Origin: Clostridia bacterium
GTDB lineage: Bacteria; Bacillota; Clostridia; UMGS1883; UMGS1540
Length of the DNA stretch: 64,000 bases
Assembly: GCA_045656005.1 (NCBI GenBank)
Contig: JAZOQG010000070.1
Span: 8,065 to 72,064, forward strand
Reading direction: 5' to 3'
Each line of letters begins with the position of its first letter. The stretch's first letter is position 1. The notes below the pieces were generated by a model that ran no database searches, was not told the origin of the DNA, and saw only the letters and a program-made list of their open reading frames with translations. Made by a program: the position numbers and the translations under genes. Of this stretch, positions 1 through 9,555 are shown piece by piece.

Positions 1-54
1 TATAACAACACTTTTGTTATTTGTCAATACTTTTTTCAAAAAAATATAAAAAAT

Positions 55-80
55 TTATCGGCTGAAAAATCAGCCGATAA
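55..80. terminator. GC-stem hairpin (ttatcggctg-N6-cagccgataa) flanked by A/T runs; likely rho-independent terminator for the minus-strand nitroreductase gene
   Basis: Perfect 10-bp inverted repeat read directly; T-run follows on the minus strand. Confidence 0.55.
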
Positions 81-82
81 AA

Positions 83-652
83 TTACTTTTCTAATATTAA
101 AACTTCTTCCATTGTTCTTTTCGGAACTCGCAAAACATTATCGTCTCCCATAAAGTACTTTACGTCTCCCTCCTTCATATTAATCACACGGCTTTCCTGC
201 GCACCATATCCAAGTGCAACAAGATACAAAAGTTTAAATTTTTCAGGTAAATCAAATACTCTTTTAAGCCCTTCTCTGTTAAGTGCCCCTATCCAGCAAC
301 TTGCGATTCCCATTTCGTGTGCCGCAAGCAAAATATTTGTAACTGCTGCACCCGCCTCAACTTCAAAATTTTGCTTAATTTCTTCATCTCCCCAAACTGC
401 TATGTAGGCAGTGGGACGCTCACTCTCTTTAGGTGCTCCATCTTCGAGATATCCTGCCCATTTTGTAAACGGAAAAATATCGTCACATATCCTTTTTTCG
501 GAAATAATTCCAAATTTAAGCGGCTGAATATTTGCGGGAAATGCTGCCAGACGTGCACAGTTTACCAAAGTTTTAAGTTTTTCTTTATCTATTGGTGTAT
601 CTTTAAATTTTCTTATACTTCTTCTTTCTTCAATGGCTTTTATAACTTCCAC
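83..652 (-). CDS. Nitroreductase family protein (FMN-dependent)
   Basis: 189-aa ORF; N-terminal RRSIRKF motif and overall nitroreductase-like sequence. Confidence 0.75.
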   Translation of the reverse strand: MEVIKAIEERRSIRKFKDTPIDKEKLKTLVNCARLAAFPANIQPLKFGIISEKRICDDIFPFTKWAGYLEDGAPKESERPTAYIAVWGDEEIKQNFEVEAGAAVTNILLAAHEMGIASCWIGALNREGLKRVFDLPEKFKLLYLVALGYGAQESRVINMKEGDVKYFMGDDNVLRVPKRTMEEVLILEK

Positions 653-751
653 AATAAAACCTCCTTTTTAAATATCTTAACACAAATTTTTTAAAAATGG
701 AATAAAAATTAATAAAAAACGAAAAATAATTACGAAGGGAGTTGAATTATA

Positions 752-900
752 ATGAACAACAATAATAACAACACAAACAACCGCAATAACTCAAACAGCA
801 GTAACAACAATAACAACAATGTAAACAACCGTAGCAACTCAAACAACAATAACAACAACTCAAGCAACAAAAACAATAACAGCAGCCAAAACAAGAAAAA
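752..900. repeat. Degenerate (AAC/AAT)n trinucleotide repeat tract inside the Asn-rich ORF
   Basis: Read directly: runs of aacaacaat/aacaacaac interspersed with agc/aac codons. Confidence 0.8.
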
Positions 901-1027
901 CCATCAGGCATACGAAACTTTGGCAACAGCTGAAAAAGCAAGATTTGAGAACAAAACAAACACAACAAGACCTTCTGACTCTCAGGTAGAAAACATGAGA
1001 GATTTTTCTATTGAGAACAAGAAATAA
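752..1027 (+). CDS. Small Asn-rich low-complexity protein (N/S-rich N-terminus, short charged C-terminal segment), unknown function
   Basis: 91-aa ORF with RBS GGGAG 8 nt upstream of ATG and a strong hairpin terminator immediately downstream; coding DNA is degenerate AAC/AAT repeats. Confidence 0.5.
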   Translation: MNNNNNNTNNRNNSNSSNNNNNNVNNRSNSNNNNNNSSNKNNNSSQNKKNHQAYETLATAEKARFENKTNTTRPSDSQVENMRDFSIENKK

Positions 1028-1043
1028 TTGAATTATTAAAAAA

Positions 1044-1078
1044 TGGACAGTAAAAACAAGTTTTTACTGTCCATTTTT
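1044..1078. terminator. Bidirectional rho-independent terminator (tggacagtaaaaa-caag-tttttactgtcca + T-run) between the Asn-rich ORF and glmM
   Basis: 13-bp perfect stem followed by tttttc. Confidence 0.7.
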
Positions 1079-1080
1079 CA

Positions 1081-2430
1081 TTATCCTAATCTTGCCTCTA
1101 TTAATTTTGCAAGATATGTGGCACGCTGTTTTATTATATCCATATCCTCTCCCTCTATCATTACACGAACACAAGGCTCTGTTCCCGAGGCACGGATTAA
1201 AACTCTGCCCTTTCCGTCAAACTCTTTTTCTAAAGACGCAATTTCTTCCATGATTTTCTTATCTTCTTTAAATGAATATTTTTTAGAATTTTGCACCTTT
1301 GAATTTATGATAACCTGAGGAAGTGTTTGGAAAACTTCTGCAAGTTCTGAAACTTTCTTGCCTGTTTTCTTAACGATTGACAAAAGCTGAAGTGCAGATA
1401 CGAGCCCGTCACCCGTTGTGTTATGGTTTAAGAAAATAATATGTCCTGACGCTTCTCCTCCAAGCACATAACCCTCTTCAAGCATTTTTTCAAGAACGTA
1501 TCGGTCACCGACATTTGTCTGTACAATATTTATTCCGTTTTCCTTTGCTGCAAGGGTTAGACCCAAGTTTGTCATAATTGTTGTAACAAGTGTATTTTTG
1601 GTGAGCATATTGCGTTCTTTAAGATAAAGGGCACAAATAAGCATTATTTTGTCACCGTCAACAAGGTTTCCGTTTTCATCAATCACAAGAAGGCGGTCAG
1701 CATCGCCATCAAAAGTAAGACCGATATCCACATTTATATTTTTAACATACTCCTGAAATTCCGCAGTATGCGTTGAGCCACATTTATAATTTATGTTAAT
1801 TCCGTTTGGATTATTGTGGATTACATAAGGCTCTGCACCGAGAGCTGATAAAACCTTGACAGAAGTTTTATATGACGCACCATTTCCGCAGTCCACAGCT
1901 ATGCGAAGTCCTGAAAGGTCACAGTCAATTGTATTTTTTGCAAATTCAACGTAGTCTGCTACTGCGCTGTCGCATTTTGAAATTGTGCCCACACGGTCAC
2001 CCGTCGGAAGCGGGATACCTTCCAGATTTGCAAAAATATACTTTTCGATATTTTCTTCAATTTCGTCACTTAATTTATATCCGTTGGAATTAAAAATTTT
2101 AATTCCGTTAAATTCGGCGCTGTTGTGAGATGCAGAAATTACAATACCGGCATCTGCTTCATATTTTCTTGTTAGATATGCAACCGCAGGTGTTGGAACT
2201 ATTCCAAGACTTAAAACATTTGCCCCCACACTGCAAAGACCTGCCGAAAGTGCACTTTCAAGCATATCTCCCGAAATACGAGTGTCTTTTCCTATTATTA
2301 TCTTGGGGCTGCGATGTGTTTCTTTTGTTAAAACAAATGCTGCCGCAACTCCTATTTTGTAAGCAAGGTCGCAAGTAAGCTCCACATTTGCAACACCTCT
2401 TACTCCATCAGTTCCAAATAATTTTCCCAT
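1081..2430 (-). CDS. glmM: Phosphoglucosamine mutase
   Basis: MGKLFGTDGVRGVAN N-terminus, phosphohexomutase GxSASHNP-like SASHNSAEFNG motif; start chosen at the ATG preceded by AAGGAAAAAGCT rather than the upstream TTG. Confidence 0.85.
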   Translation of the reverse strand: MGKLFGTDGVRGVANVELTCDLAYKIGVAAAFVLTKETHRSPKIIIGKDTRISGDMLESALSAGLCSVGANVLSLGIVPTPAVAYLTRKYEADAGIVISASHNSAEFNGIKIFNSNGYKLSDEIEENIEKYIFANLEGIPLPTGDRVGTISKCDSAVADYVEFAKNTIDCDLSGLRIAVDCGNGASYKTSVKVLSALGAEPYVIHNNPNGININYKCGSTHTAEFQEYVKNINVDIGLTFDGDADRLLVIDENGNLVDGDKIMLICALYLKERNMLTKNTLVTTIMTNLGLTLAAKENGINIVQTNVGDRYVLEKMLEEGYVLGGEASGHIIFLNHNTTGDGLVSALQLLSIVKKTGKKVSELAEVFQTLPQVIINSKVQNSKKYSFKEDKKIMEEIASLEKEFDGKGRVLIRASGTEPCVRVMIEGEDMDIIKQRATYLAKLIEARLG

Positions 2431-2615
2431 AGCTTTTTCCTTTCTTAATTTATTTACCAATAAATTATACAACCGCAGGTTTATTTTGTCAATGAATTTT
2501 ACCTTAAAATATTATCAAAAAGAGCAAAATAAGACAGATTTACTGCAATTTTTTTATTGCACTAATTTATATATTATGTTAAAATTAAGAAAATATGATA
2601 AAAGGGAAGAAGTTT

Positions 2616-3335
2616 ATGAAAAGTGTGCTCGTAACAGGCGGCGCAAGAGGAATAGGAAAAGCCATATGCAAAAAATTTGCGGCGGAAGGCTATTTTGTTT
2701 TTATAAATTATAATAAATCGGAAGTTGAGGCACAAAAACTCCAGAAAGAAATAGGTAAAAACTGCAAAATTTTCAAAGCCGATGTTTCGTCTTTCGAAGA
2801 GGTTTCACAGATGGTTGGTGAAATCCTTAGTGAATTTAAAAAAATTGATGTTCTTGTAAACAATGCAGGGATAGCAGAGCAAAAGGTTTTTGGGGATATA
2901 ACACCTGAAGACTGGAAAAAAATGTTTTCAGTTAACTGCGACGGGGTTTATAACGTTACATATAACGTTCTTCCATCAATGATTCACGAAAAATGCGGAA
3001 GCATTATAAATATTGCTTCAATCTGGGGCGAAGTTGGTGCATCATGTGAAGTTCACTACTCAGCATCAAAAGCAGCAGTTATTGGGTTTACAAAAGCACT
3101 TTCGAAGGAAGTTGCACCTTCGGGAATAAGAGTTAACTGCGTGTCCCCCGGCATAATTGAAACAGACATGATGTTTTCCATGAGCGATGAAGAAAAAAAA
3201 GAGCTTATTAATGAAACTCCTCTCGGAAGATTCGGAACGGGAGAAGATATTGCGAAAAGTGTTTTTTATCTCTCGGAAGATACATTTATTACGGGGCAGA
3301 TACTGGGCAGTAACGGCGGATTTGTAATTTACTAA
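2616..3335 (+). CDS. SDR family oxidoreductase (3-oxoacyl-ACP reductase-like)
   Basis: TGGARGIGKA Rossmann motif, YSASK catalytic motif; RBS AAGGGAAGAAG before ATG at 2616. Confidence 0.75.
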   Translation: MKSVLVTGGARGIGKAICKKFAAEGYFVFINYNKSEVEAQKLQKEIGKNCKIFKADVSSFEEVSQMVGEILSEFKKIDVLVNNAGIAEQKVFGDITPEDWKKMFSVNCDGVYNVTYNVLPSMIHEKCGSIINIASIWGEVGASCEVHYSASKAAVIGFTKALSKEVAPSGIRVNCVSPGIIETDMMFSMSDEEKKELINETPLGRFGTGEDIAKSVFYLSEDTFITGQILGSNGGFVIY

Positions 3336-3340
3336 AAGGA

Positions 3341-4354
3341 ATGATAAATTTGAGTAAAATTTATAACGTGGCACTTATAGGGTGCGGGCAGATGGGAAAA
3401 ACACATATAGAAAACATTTATTTTAAGGATAATGTTCATGTTTCCTATGTATGTGATGCTTTACCCGAAAAGGCAGAAAAATTTAAGAAAAAATATGCTG
3501 CTGACAAAGCCAGCCAAAATGCAGAAGAATGTATTTCAGACAACCTCGTTGACATTGTGATTATCGCTACATATCCCGAGTCGCACATAAAACTCTTAAA
3601 AATGTGTCTTGAAAACGGAAAACATGTTATTATAGAAAAACCAATCGGAACAAGCCTTGAAGAAGGAGAAGAGTTTATCCGACTTTTAAAGGAATATCCC
3701 AAAAGCCGTGTTCTGGTGGGGCATATTTTAAGACATAACCATACATACCAAAAGGTTGCCGAAATGATAAGAGGGGGAGCCATAGGAAGTCCCATTATCA
3801 TGCGTATGGTTCAAAACCACCACACAATGAACTGGGACAGATACCTAGAACTTATAAAAGAAACTTCCCCGATTATCGACTGCGGTGTACATTACCTTGA
3901 TGTTATGCAGTGGTTTACAGGCGAAAAGATTGAAGATATTTCCGGAATAGGCATGAGAACAGAGGAAAGTGTTCCAGAAGATAAATATAACTATGGAATG
4001 ATAACCGTTAAACTTTCAGGCGGGTCTGTAGCATATTACGAGGCCGGCTGGTCCAACACAATTTCTTCTGATAACTTAAAAGAATTTGTAGGTCCAAAGG
4101 GAAGTATAAAAATTATTTATCAGAAGGACAGACAAAGCCATCAGGAAGAGGGCGACCTCATAGAATACTATAAATATCCTGAAAAAAGCTACGAAATGAT
4201 AAATATTGCAGGAAAGAGAAAACCTACAGACGAACAATTTGACTATCTTGTTAAAATGATTGAGGAAGGTATCACTGCAAATCCTTCAAACGGCGAGGCA
4301 TTTGAGTGCTTTAAAAGAGCACTTGAAGCTGATGAGCACATAAGAAATAATTAA
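3341..4354 (+). CDS. Gfo/Idh/MocA family NAD(P)-dependent oxidoreductase
   Basis: N-terminal ALIGCGQMGKTH Rossmann fold, EKP motif; start uncertain (ATG 3341 or TTG 3353). Confidence 0.65.
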   Translation: MINLSKIYNVALIGCGQMGKTHIENIYFKDNVHVSYVCDALPEKAEKFKKKYAADKASQNAEECISDNLVDIVIIATYPESHIKLLKMCLENGKHVIIEKPIGTSLEEGEEFIRLLKEYPKSRVLVGHILRHNHTYQKVAEMIRGGAIGSPIIMRMVQNHHTMNWDRYLELIKETSPIIDCGVHYLDVMQWFTGEKIEDISGIGMRTEESVPEDKYNYGMITVKLSGGSVAYYEAGWSNTISSDNLKEFVGPKGSIKIIYQKDRQSHQEEGDLIEYYKYPEKSYEMINIAGKRKPTDEQFDYLVKMIEEGITANPSNGEAFECFKRALEADEHIRNN

Positions 4355-4357
4355 AGC

Positions 4358-4395
4358 AAAACTCCCATTCGCTGTGAACGGGAGTTTTATTTTAA
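4358..4395. terminator. Bidirectional hairpin terminator (aactccc...gggagtt + T-run)
   Basis: 7-bp GC-rich stem with T-run; sits between convergent genes. Confidence 0.55.
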
Positions 4396-5475
4396 TTATT
4401 TACGGTCTTTCTCGTTAAACTTATTCCATGTCGGGAATAGCTCTCTCCAAACATCTGTATGTGCCTCGCAATCAAGATAATGGGAAAAATGGTTATAATC
4501 GCGTGATGCGAGCGGAGTGATATACATTCTGCGGTTATCTTCACAAAATTCATGCCATCCTTCGAGCCATCTTCCATCAAGAAGTTCTTCGTTTCTTTCT
4601 TCCAGTTCTTTTAAAAGTCTGTCATGTGTTTCTCCTTTGGCAAGAGAAATGCAACCATCCTTTGCGATTGTCGGCATGATTTCCATTTCGCATTTATCTT
4701 TTGTTATATCAAATTTAAGCAAAAGACCGGTATCCCACATATCAGAGGTAAAACCTTCAAGTTTAGCAAAGTGGAAGTTCCCCTGACCATATACTATATG
4801 GCAATCTTTAAAGTTTTCGTAGCACCCTATACAGTGGCTGTGCTGACACAAAACAATGTCTGCCCCATGAGTTGCCATTGAACGGCAGAGCTTACGAAGA
4901 CGGGGGGAAGGATAACGGCAATGTTCTTTTCCGCCGTGGTACAAAACGATAACATAATCTGCGTTTTCTTTTGCTTTTACAATATCATCATTTGTATCAT
5001 ATGGGTCATATTCTCTTGCGCCCATTCTGTCAGGCAAAGCATAAGAATATTCATGCTCGCAAACCGCTATAACTGCAATTTTTATGCCATCTTTTTCTAT
5101 AATCAAGTCACGTCTTGCATCAGTATCATTTTCGCCTGTGCCTGTATATGTAATCCCTTTTTCATCAAGAGCTTTCATTGTATCGAGAAATCCGGGGATG
5201 CCAAAATCAAATGTGTGGTTATTACTAAGTCCGCAATGTGTTACCCCTGCCTCTTTTAAAACAGCAGCAGTATTTAAAGGTGCTTTAAGGTTTGGTCCGT
5301 ATTTCATGATTTTGTTATCTGACTCTGTTATTGCACATTCAAGATTTACAATGTTATAATCTGCTCCTTCATAAACATCGCAAATATCACCAAAAAGTTT
5401 TTTTGTTTCTTTGTTCGCAAACATTTCCCTGTTGGCATCAGTAATGCAAACGTCTCCGCCGATTGTGATAATCAT
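4396..5475 (-). CDS. CapA/PGA_cap family metallophosphatase-like protein (poly-gamma-glutamate capsule biosynthesis CapA homolog)
   Basis: MIITIGGDV...NLECAIT...NNHTFDFG motifs typical of the CapA family; start set at the ATG preceded by GGAGATTTTT. Confidence 0.65.
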   Translation of the reverse strand: MIITIGGDVCITDANREMFANKETKKLFGDICDVYEGADYNIVNLECAITESDNKIMKYGPNLKAPLNTAAVLKEAGVTHCGLSNNHTFDFGIPGFLDTMKALDEKGITYTGTGENDTDARRDLIIEKDGIKIAVIAVCEHEYSYALPDRMGAREYDPYDTNDDIVKAKENADYVIVLYHGGKEHCRYPSPRLRKLCRSMATHGADIVLCQHSHCIGCYENFKDCHIVYGQGNFHFAKLEGFTSDMWDTGLLLKFDITKDKCEMEIMPTIAKDGCISLAKGETHDRLLKELEERNEELLDGRWLEGWHEFCEDNRRMYITPLASRDYNHFSHYLDCEAHTDVWRELFPTWNKFNEKDRK

Positions 5476-5520
5476 AAAAATCTCCATTCCGCCTGTGGCA
5501 AAAAATTTTAAAGTCAACAT

Positions 5521-6678
5521 TTAGTATAATGCATTTTCAAGATTTATAAACACCTGTGCCACTTCCGCTCTTGTGGCAGTTCCAAGAGGTTTCAAAGAGC
5601 CATCCTCATACCCGCTTATAATGCCCATTGCATGAGCATATCCTATAGACTCACGGGCGAAATCCGACACCTCATCAAAATCCGAAAATGTATCAGGCTC
5701 TGATGGTAATATGTTCGATATGTCATATGATATATAAAGACAATAATTATACATTGTTGAAACCATTTCCTCGCGGCTTATTGGCTCATCAGGCAAAAAT
5801 TTACTACCCTTTGCCCACGGAATAAGCGAGCAATGATTTGCCCAGAAAACGGGAGCAGAGTAATAAGCATCTTCCGAAACATCTTCAAAAATCTGTGGCA
5901 CGTCAGAAAGTTCTGCTTTTGCAAATCTATACAAAACAGTTATAAACATGCCCCTTGTCATTTGAATATTAGGCGAAAACTCTGTGTCAGATGTGCCTTT
6001 GAAAAGCCCATTATCACAAACGTATTTTACTGCATCATAAAACCAATCACCCTCCGATACATCGCGGAAAAGTCCGCCTTGAGGGAGCGGTGCACTATCT
6101 GCATAAGAGGAAAAACGTGCATTAAAATCATTTATTTTAAAAACAGAAACGCTGTGAAGTGTAATAAAAAGATGATTCATCTGAGCATGCATATCATCTG
6201 CTGCATAAAGTGTAGGGTTTGAGAGATATTCGTTTGATTTTTCGATAACGCTGCGAACCTCCAAAGCCTCATTTTCGGGCGCGATATCGTAATAATCATC
6301 ATTTGCTATAAGAGAAATAAGAGCCTTTAAAAGCCTTAAAACCTTGGGGTTTGTAAGAGAATTATTACGCTGACTTACAAGGGACATCATCGAAAAAGAG
6401 CTATAAAGTCCTCTGTAAACCGCATCAAAGTGCTCCTCTGGAAAATCAGGGGACAAAAGTGCAGTTTTTGCCACTAAAATAGGAATGGCACAAAGTGCAT
6501 CTTCTTCTTCCGAAAGGGTACTTTGAAGTATTTCCTCAGAATTAAAAATATAAAGTGCAACCGTATCATAAAGCGACTGCAAATCTTCTTTTGTATAAAC
6601 CTTTTTGTCCGCAAAAGCGGGCAGGCAGGCAAACAATAAAACTACTGATAAAACAAGGGATAGAACACGTTTTTTCAA
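5521..6678 (-). CDS. Secreted protein with N-terminal signal peptide and C-terminal S-layer-homology (SLH)-like repeats
   Basis: Signal peptide MKKRVLSLVLSVVLLFACLPAFA; C-terminal F-D-V / ISGY-DG-L-P--TR-E-A-V SLH-like segments. Confidence 0.55.
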   Translation of the reverse strand: MKKRVLSLVLSVVLLFACLPAFADKKVYTKEDLQSLYDTVALYIFNSEEILQSTLSEEEDALCAIPILVAKTALLSPDFPEEHFDAVYRGLYSSFSMMSLVSQRNNSLTNPKVLRLLKALISLIANDDYYDIAPENEALEVRSVIEKSNEYLSNPTLYAADDMHAQMNHLFITLHSVSVFKINDFNARFSSYADSAPLPQGGLFRDVSEGDWFYDAVKYVCDNGLFKGTSDTEFSPNIQMTRGMFITVLYRFAKAELSDVPQIFEDVSEDAYYSAPVFWANHCSLIPWAKGSKFLPDEPISREEMVSTMYNYCLYISYDISNILPSEPDTFSDFDEVSDFARESIGYAHAMGIISGYEDGSLKPLGTATRAEVAQVFINLENALY

Positions 6679-6696
6679 TTTTATTCTCCTTCTTAA

Positions 6697-8178
6697 TTAT
6701 CTGTGATAAAGCGATTTTGTCTGATATTTTGGCTCACATGTAAGATTTATTCCAATCTTTTTAAACACGTTTATATCTACTTGTGATAAAATTACGGAGG
6801 AATGTACCTCAAGTTGTCGTAATTTTCCTATATTTTCCATAGCTTTTTTAGCCATATCATTTTCCGATGCACAAATCGAGAGTGCAATGAGTATTTCATC
6901 AAGGTGAAGTCTCGGATTTCTGTTGCCCAGATGATTTACCTTAAGATTTTGTATAGGCTCTATAACAGAAGGGTCTATAAGATGAATATCATCAGGAAGT
7001 CCGGCAAGATATTTTAAAGCATTTAATAAAAGTGCGGAAGAAGCACCAAGAAGCGGTGATGTTTTACCCGTTATTATTGTGCCGTCTGCCATTTCCATTG
7101 CGGTTGCAGGTGCACCTGATTCTTCGGCCTTTTTGTTTGCCGCTTTTACAACGGGGCGAATATCAGCAGTAATATCAGCCTGCTGCATAATAAGCTCAAT
7201 CTTTCTTATTTCATCATCACCCGTATTTGTCTGCTTTTTGTGACAAAGTGCACCATAAAATCTGCGAACGATTTCCTGCTTTGAAGCATTTGAAACTATT
7301 TCATCGTCCGTGATGCAGTTACCTGCCATATTAACACCCATATCAGTTGGCGATTTATACGGACAACCGCCATGAATTTTTTCAAACATCATCTTTAATA
7401 AAGGGAAAATCTCAACATCTCTGTTATAATTTACTGCTGTTTCACCATATGCCTCAAGATGGAAGGGGTCTATCATATTAACATCATTTAAGTCTGCGGT
7501 TGCAGATTCATATGCTAAATTTACGGGATGCTTTAAAGGCAAATTCCAAATCGGGAAAGTTTCAAATTTGGCATAACCTGCCCTTATTCCCCTTTTGTGT
7601 TCGTGATAAAGCTGAGAAAGGCATGTCGCCATCTTTCCGCTTCCAGGACCGGGAGCAGTTATTACTATAAGCGGTCTCTCCGTTTCAATAAATTCGTTTT
7701 TGCCATATCCCTCGTCACTTACAATGGTTGAGGTGTTATATGGGTAACCTTCTATGGAATAGTGTCTGTAAACGCGAATTCCCAAATCTTCAAGCCTTTT
7801 CTGGAACAAAACTGCACCGTTTTGCTCTGCAAATCTTGTCAGCACAACACTTCCAACATAAAGACCAATATTTCTAAACGCATCTATAAGGCGAAGAGTA
7901 TCAAGGTCATAAGTTATTCCCAAATCCCCGCGAACCTTACTCTTTTCTATATCAGCAGAATTTATCGCAATGACAATTTCAGCCTGGTCACGAAGCTGCA
8001 AAAGCATGTTAACCTTGCTGTCAGGCTTAAAACCGGGAAGCACACGGGATGCGTGAAAATCGTCAAACAGTTTTCCGCCGAACTCCAAGTAAAGCTTGCC
8101 GCCAAATGCAGCAATTCTCTTTTTTATGTGCTCCGATTGAAGTTTTAAATATTTGTCATTGTCAAATCCGTATTTCAT
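6697..8178 (-). CDS. DUF1846/UPF0371 family protein
   Basis: MKYGFDNDKYLKLQSEHIKKRI...GGKLYLEFGGKLFDDFHASRVLPGF N-terminus characteristic of UPF0371; 493 aa. Confidence 0.6.
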   Translation of the reverse strand: MKYGFDNDKYLKLQSEHIKKRIAAFGGKLYLEFGGKLFDDFHASRVLPGFKPDSKVNMLLQLRDQAEIVIAINSADIEKSKVRGDLGITYDLDTLRLIDAFRNIGLYVGSVVLTRFAEQNGAVLFQKRLEDLGIRVYRHYSIEGYPYNTSTIVSDEGYGKNEFIETERPLIVITAPGPGSGKMATCLSQLYHEHKRGIRAGYAKFETFPIWNLPLKHPVNLAYESATADLNDVNMIDPFHLEAYGETAVNYNRDVEIFPLLKMMFEKIHGGCPYKSPTDMGVNMAGNCITDDEIVSNASKQEIVRRFYGALCHKKQTNTGDDEIRKIELIMQQADITADIRPVVKAANKKAEESGAPATAMEMADGTIITGKTSPLLGASSALLLNALKYLAGLPDDIHLIDPSVIEPIQNLKVNHLGNRNPRLHLDEILIALSICASENDMAKKAMENIGKLRQLEVHSSVILSQVDINVFKKIGINLTCEPKYQTKSLYHR

Positions 8179-8326
8179 ATCCTTACCTCTTTCAAGTATT
8201 CCTTTATATTTTAATACAAAACGGAGAAGTAGTCAATATAAAAAGCACGGATTTTTTATATTTTTGAGTAATATAGAAGGAATTATGTTATTCATATAGA
8301 ATTTTTTTAAAAGGTGGTGATATTAG

Positions 8327-8677
8327 GTGATAAAATTCAGGAGAGACAATATTTGTAAAATATGTGGAAAAAATGTAAAATCTAATTACTATATCAAAGG
8401 CGCAGAAATATGTATTCCTTGCGGAATAGAATTAGAAGATGATATTAAGTTTTGGCAGGAAGAAATGCCATATTACAAAGAAAAAGCAAACAATGAAAAA
8501 GATGCTGAAACAAAAATTAAATATCTCAAAAAACTTTTAGATATGCTCTACAAATATAAAATAAAATATTATGACAAGGATTTTGAGATATTTGAACAGG
8601 ATGTCCATGAGCAACTTTATAGCGTCATCAACGCACTTTCATGGGTAAGGACAGAATGTAACGAAGACAAGAAATAA
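8327..8677 (+). CDS. Hypothetical protein with N-terminal CxxC-N17-CxxC zinc-ribbon
   Basis: GTG start preceded by AAAAGGTGGTGA; CKICGK...CIPCG motif. Confidence 0.45.
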   Translation: MIKFRRDNICKICGKNVKSNYYIKGAEICIPCGIELEDDIKFWQEEMPYYKEKANNEKDAETKIKYLKKLLDMLYKYKIKYYDKDFEIFEQDVHEQLYSVINALSWVRTECNEDKK

Positions 8678-8704
8678 CCCCATTTATGAGCTTTGCAAAC
8701 TCTG

Positions 8705-8959
8705 TTATAAATACAAATTAAAATCCTGTAAAAGCCATTCGGGCGAAATATTGAGACACTTGCAAAAACATGCAAGTTCGTAATCGGTTACCTGCCGATT
8801 ATTTTTTTCAATTTTACTAATCATTTGTTGGTCGATGTTAATGTTATATGTTTGAAGCTTTGCAGCCAGTTCAGCTTGAGAAAACTTTTTATTTATACGA
8901 GCTTCTTTTAAACGTAATGAAATTATGTTTTTATTATCACAAAACTCAATTTTTTTCAT
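8705..8959 (-). CDS. XRE-family helix-turn-helix transcriptional regulator
   Basis: 84-aa ORF; LKEARINKKFSQAELAAKL...QMISKIE HTH_3 pattern. Confidence 0.7.
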   Translation of the reverse strand: MKKIEFCDNKNIISLRLKEARINKKFSQAELAAKLQTYNINIDQQMISKIEKNNRQVTDYELACFCKCLNISPEWLLQDFNLYL

Positions 8960-9005
8960 TTTTTATATCCTCCTTTTCATGTAAAAATATTTTATCTTTA
9001 TGCTC

Positions 9006-9034
9006 TTGACAATATCACAATTTTGTGTTAAAAT
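9006..9034 (+). promoter_or_regulatory. Sigma-A-type promoter (TTGACA-17-TAAAAT) for the plus-strand genes 9076-10023
   Basis: Read directly: ttgaca 9006-9011, taaaat 9029-9034. Confidence 0.45.
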
Positions 9035-9052
9035 TACGTTACATTAACGTAA
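9034..9052. promoter_or_regulatory. Perfect palindromic operator TTACGTTA-CAT-TAACGTAA between the promoter and the RBS; candidate binding site of the divergent XRE regulator
   Basis: 8-bp perfect inverted arms read directly. Confidence 0.45.
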
Positions 9053-9075
9053 CGAAAGAAAAGGAGTACAAAAAA

Positions 9076-9537
9076 ATGATAAAGGAAAACGAATTGAGAG
9101 AAACAAATAATCCGGGGTATCGCTTAAGCGGAGAAGACGCAAACCTTACACTTGAGGTCATGAAATCAATGTTTGAGGGGGCTAACAACAGTATGTATAA
9201 TCTCCCGATAGAAATTGAATATGAGCAAATTAAATCCGGTGGCGTTTTTAATTCAAAAACAGAAGACTGTTTATCAATCACTAACACGCAACATCGGAGC
9301 GCATATTTCAAGTACTGCATAATAATGAGAAAGCAAATTAATACACTGATTGTACAAATGAAATACTATGGTTCAAGCCTTTTAACCGCTGAATGGGAAT
9401 TGGCAGAAGCACGCAAAAACGGTGGCCTTATCGGAAAAGCTATTGGTGCATTAAAAGGATTTGACCAAGCAGCTTTTGATGAGGAATATGCATACTATGA
9501 TATGCTTATGCAAACTTTTGCACAATTATTTTCCTAA
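9076..9537 (+). CDS. Hypothetical protein (153 aa)
   Basis: ORF with RBS AAAAGGAG 8 nt upstream of ATG; no recognisable domain. Confidence 0.45.
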   Translation: MIKENELRETNNPGYRLSGEDANLTLEVMKSMFEGANNSMYNLPIEIEYEQIKSGGVFNSKTEDCLSITNTQHRSAYFKYCIIMRKQINTLIVQMKYYGSSLLTAEWELAEARKNGGLIGKAIGALKGFDQAAFDEEYAYYDMLMQTFAQLFS

Positions 9538-9555
9538 AAGAGGTGAATTTAGATA

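Noticed and set aside
747-968. 73-aa Cys-rich ORF on the minus strand
   Set aside because: It is the reverse complement of the AAC/AAT repeat tract (GTT/GTA/TGT codons). It has no RBS; the plus-strand ORF has both RBS and terminator.
2486-2713. 75-aa plus-strand ORF upstream of and overlapping the SDR gene
   Set aside because: Overlaps the SDR promoter and start; AT-rich low-complexity; no RBS.
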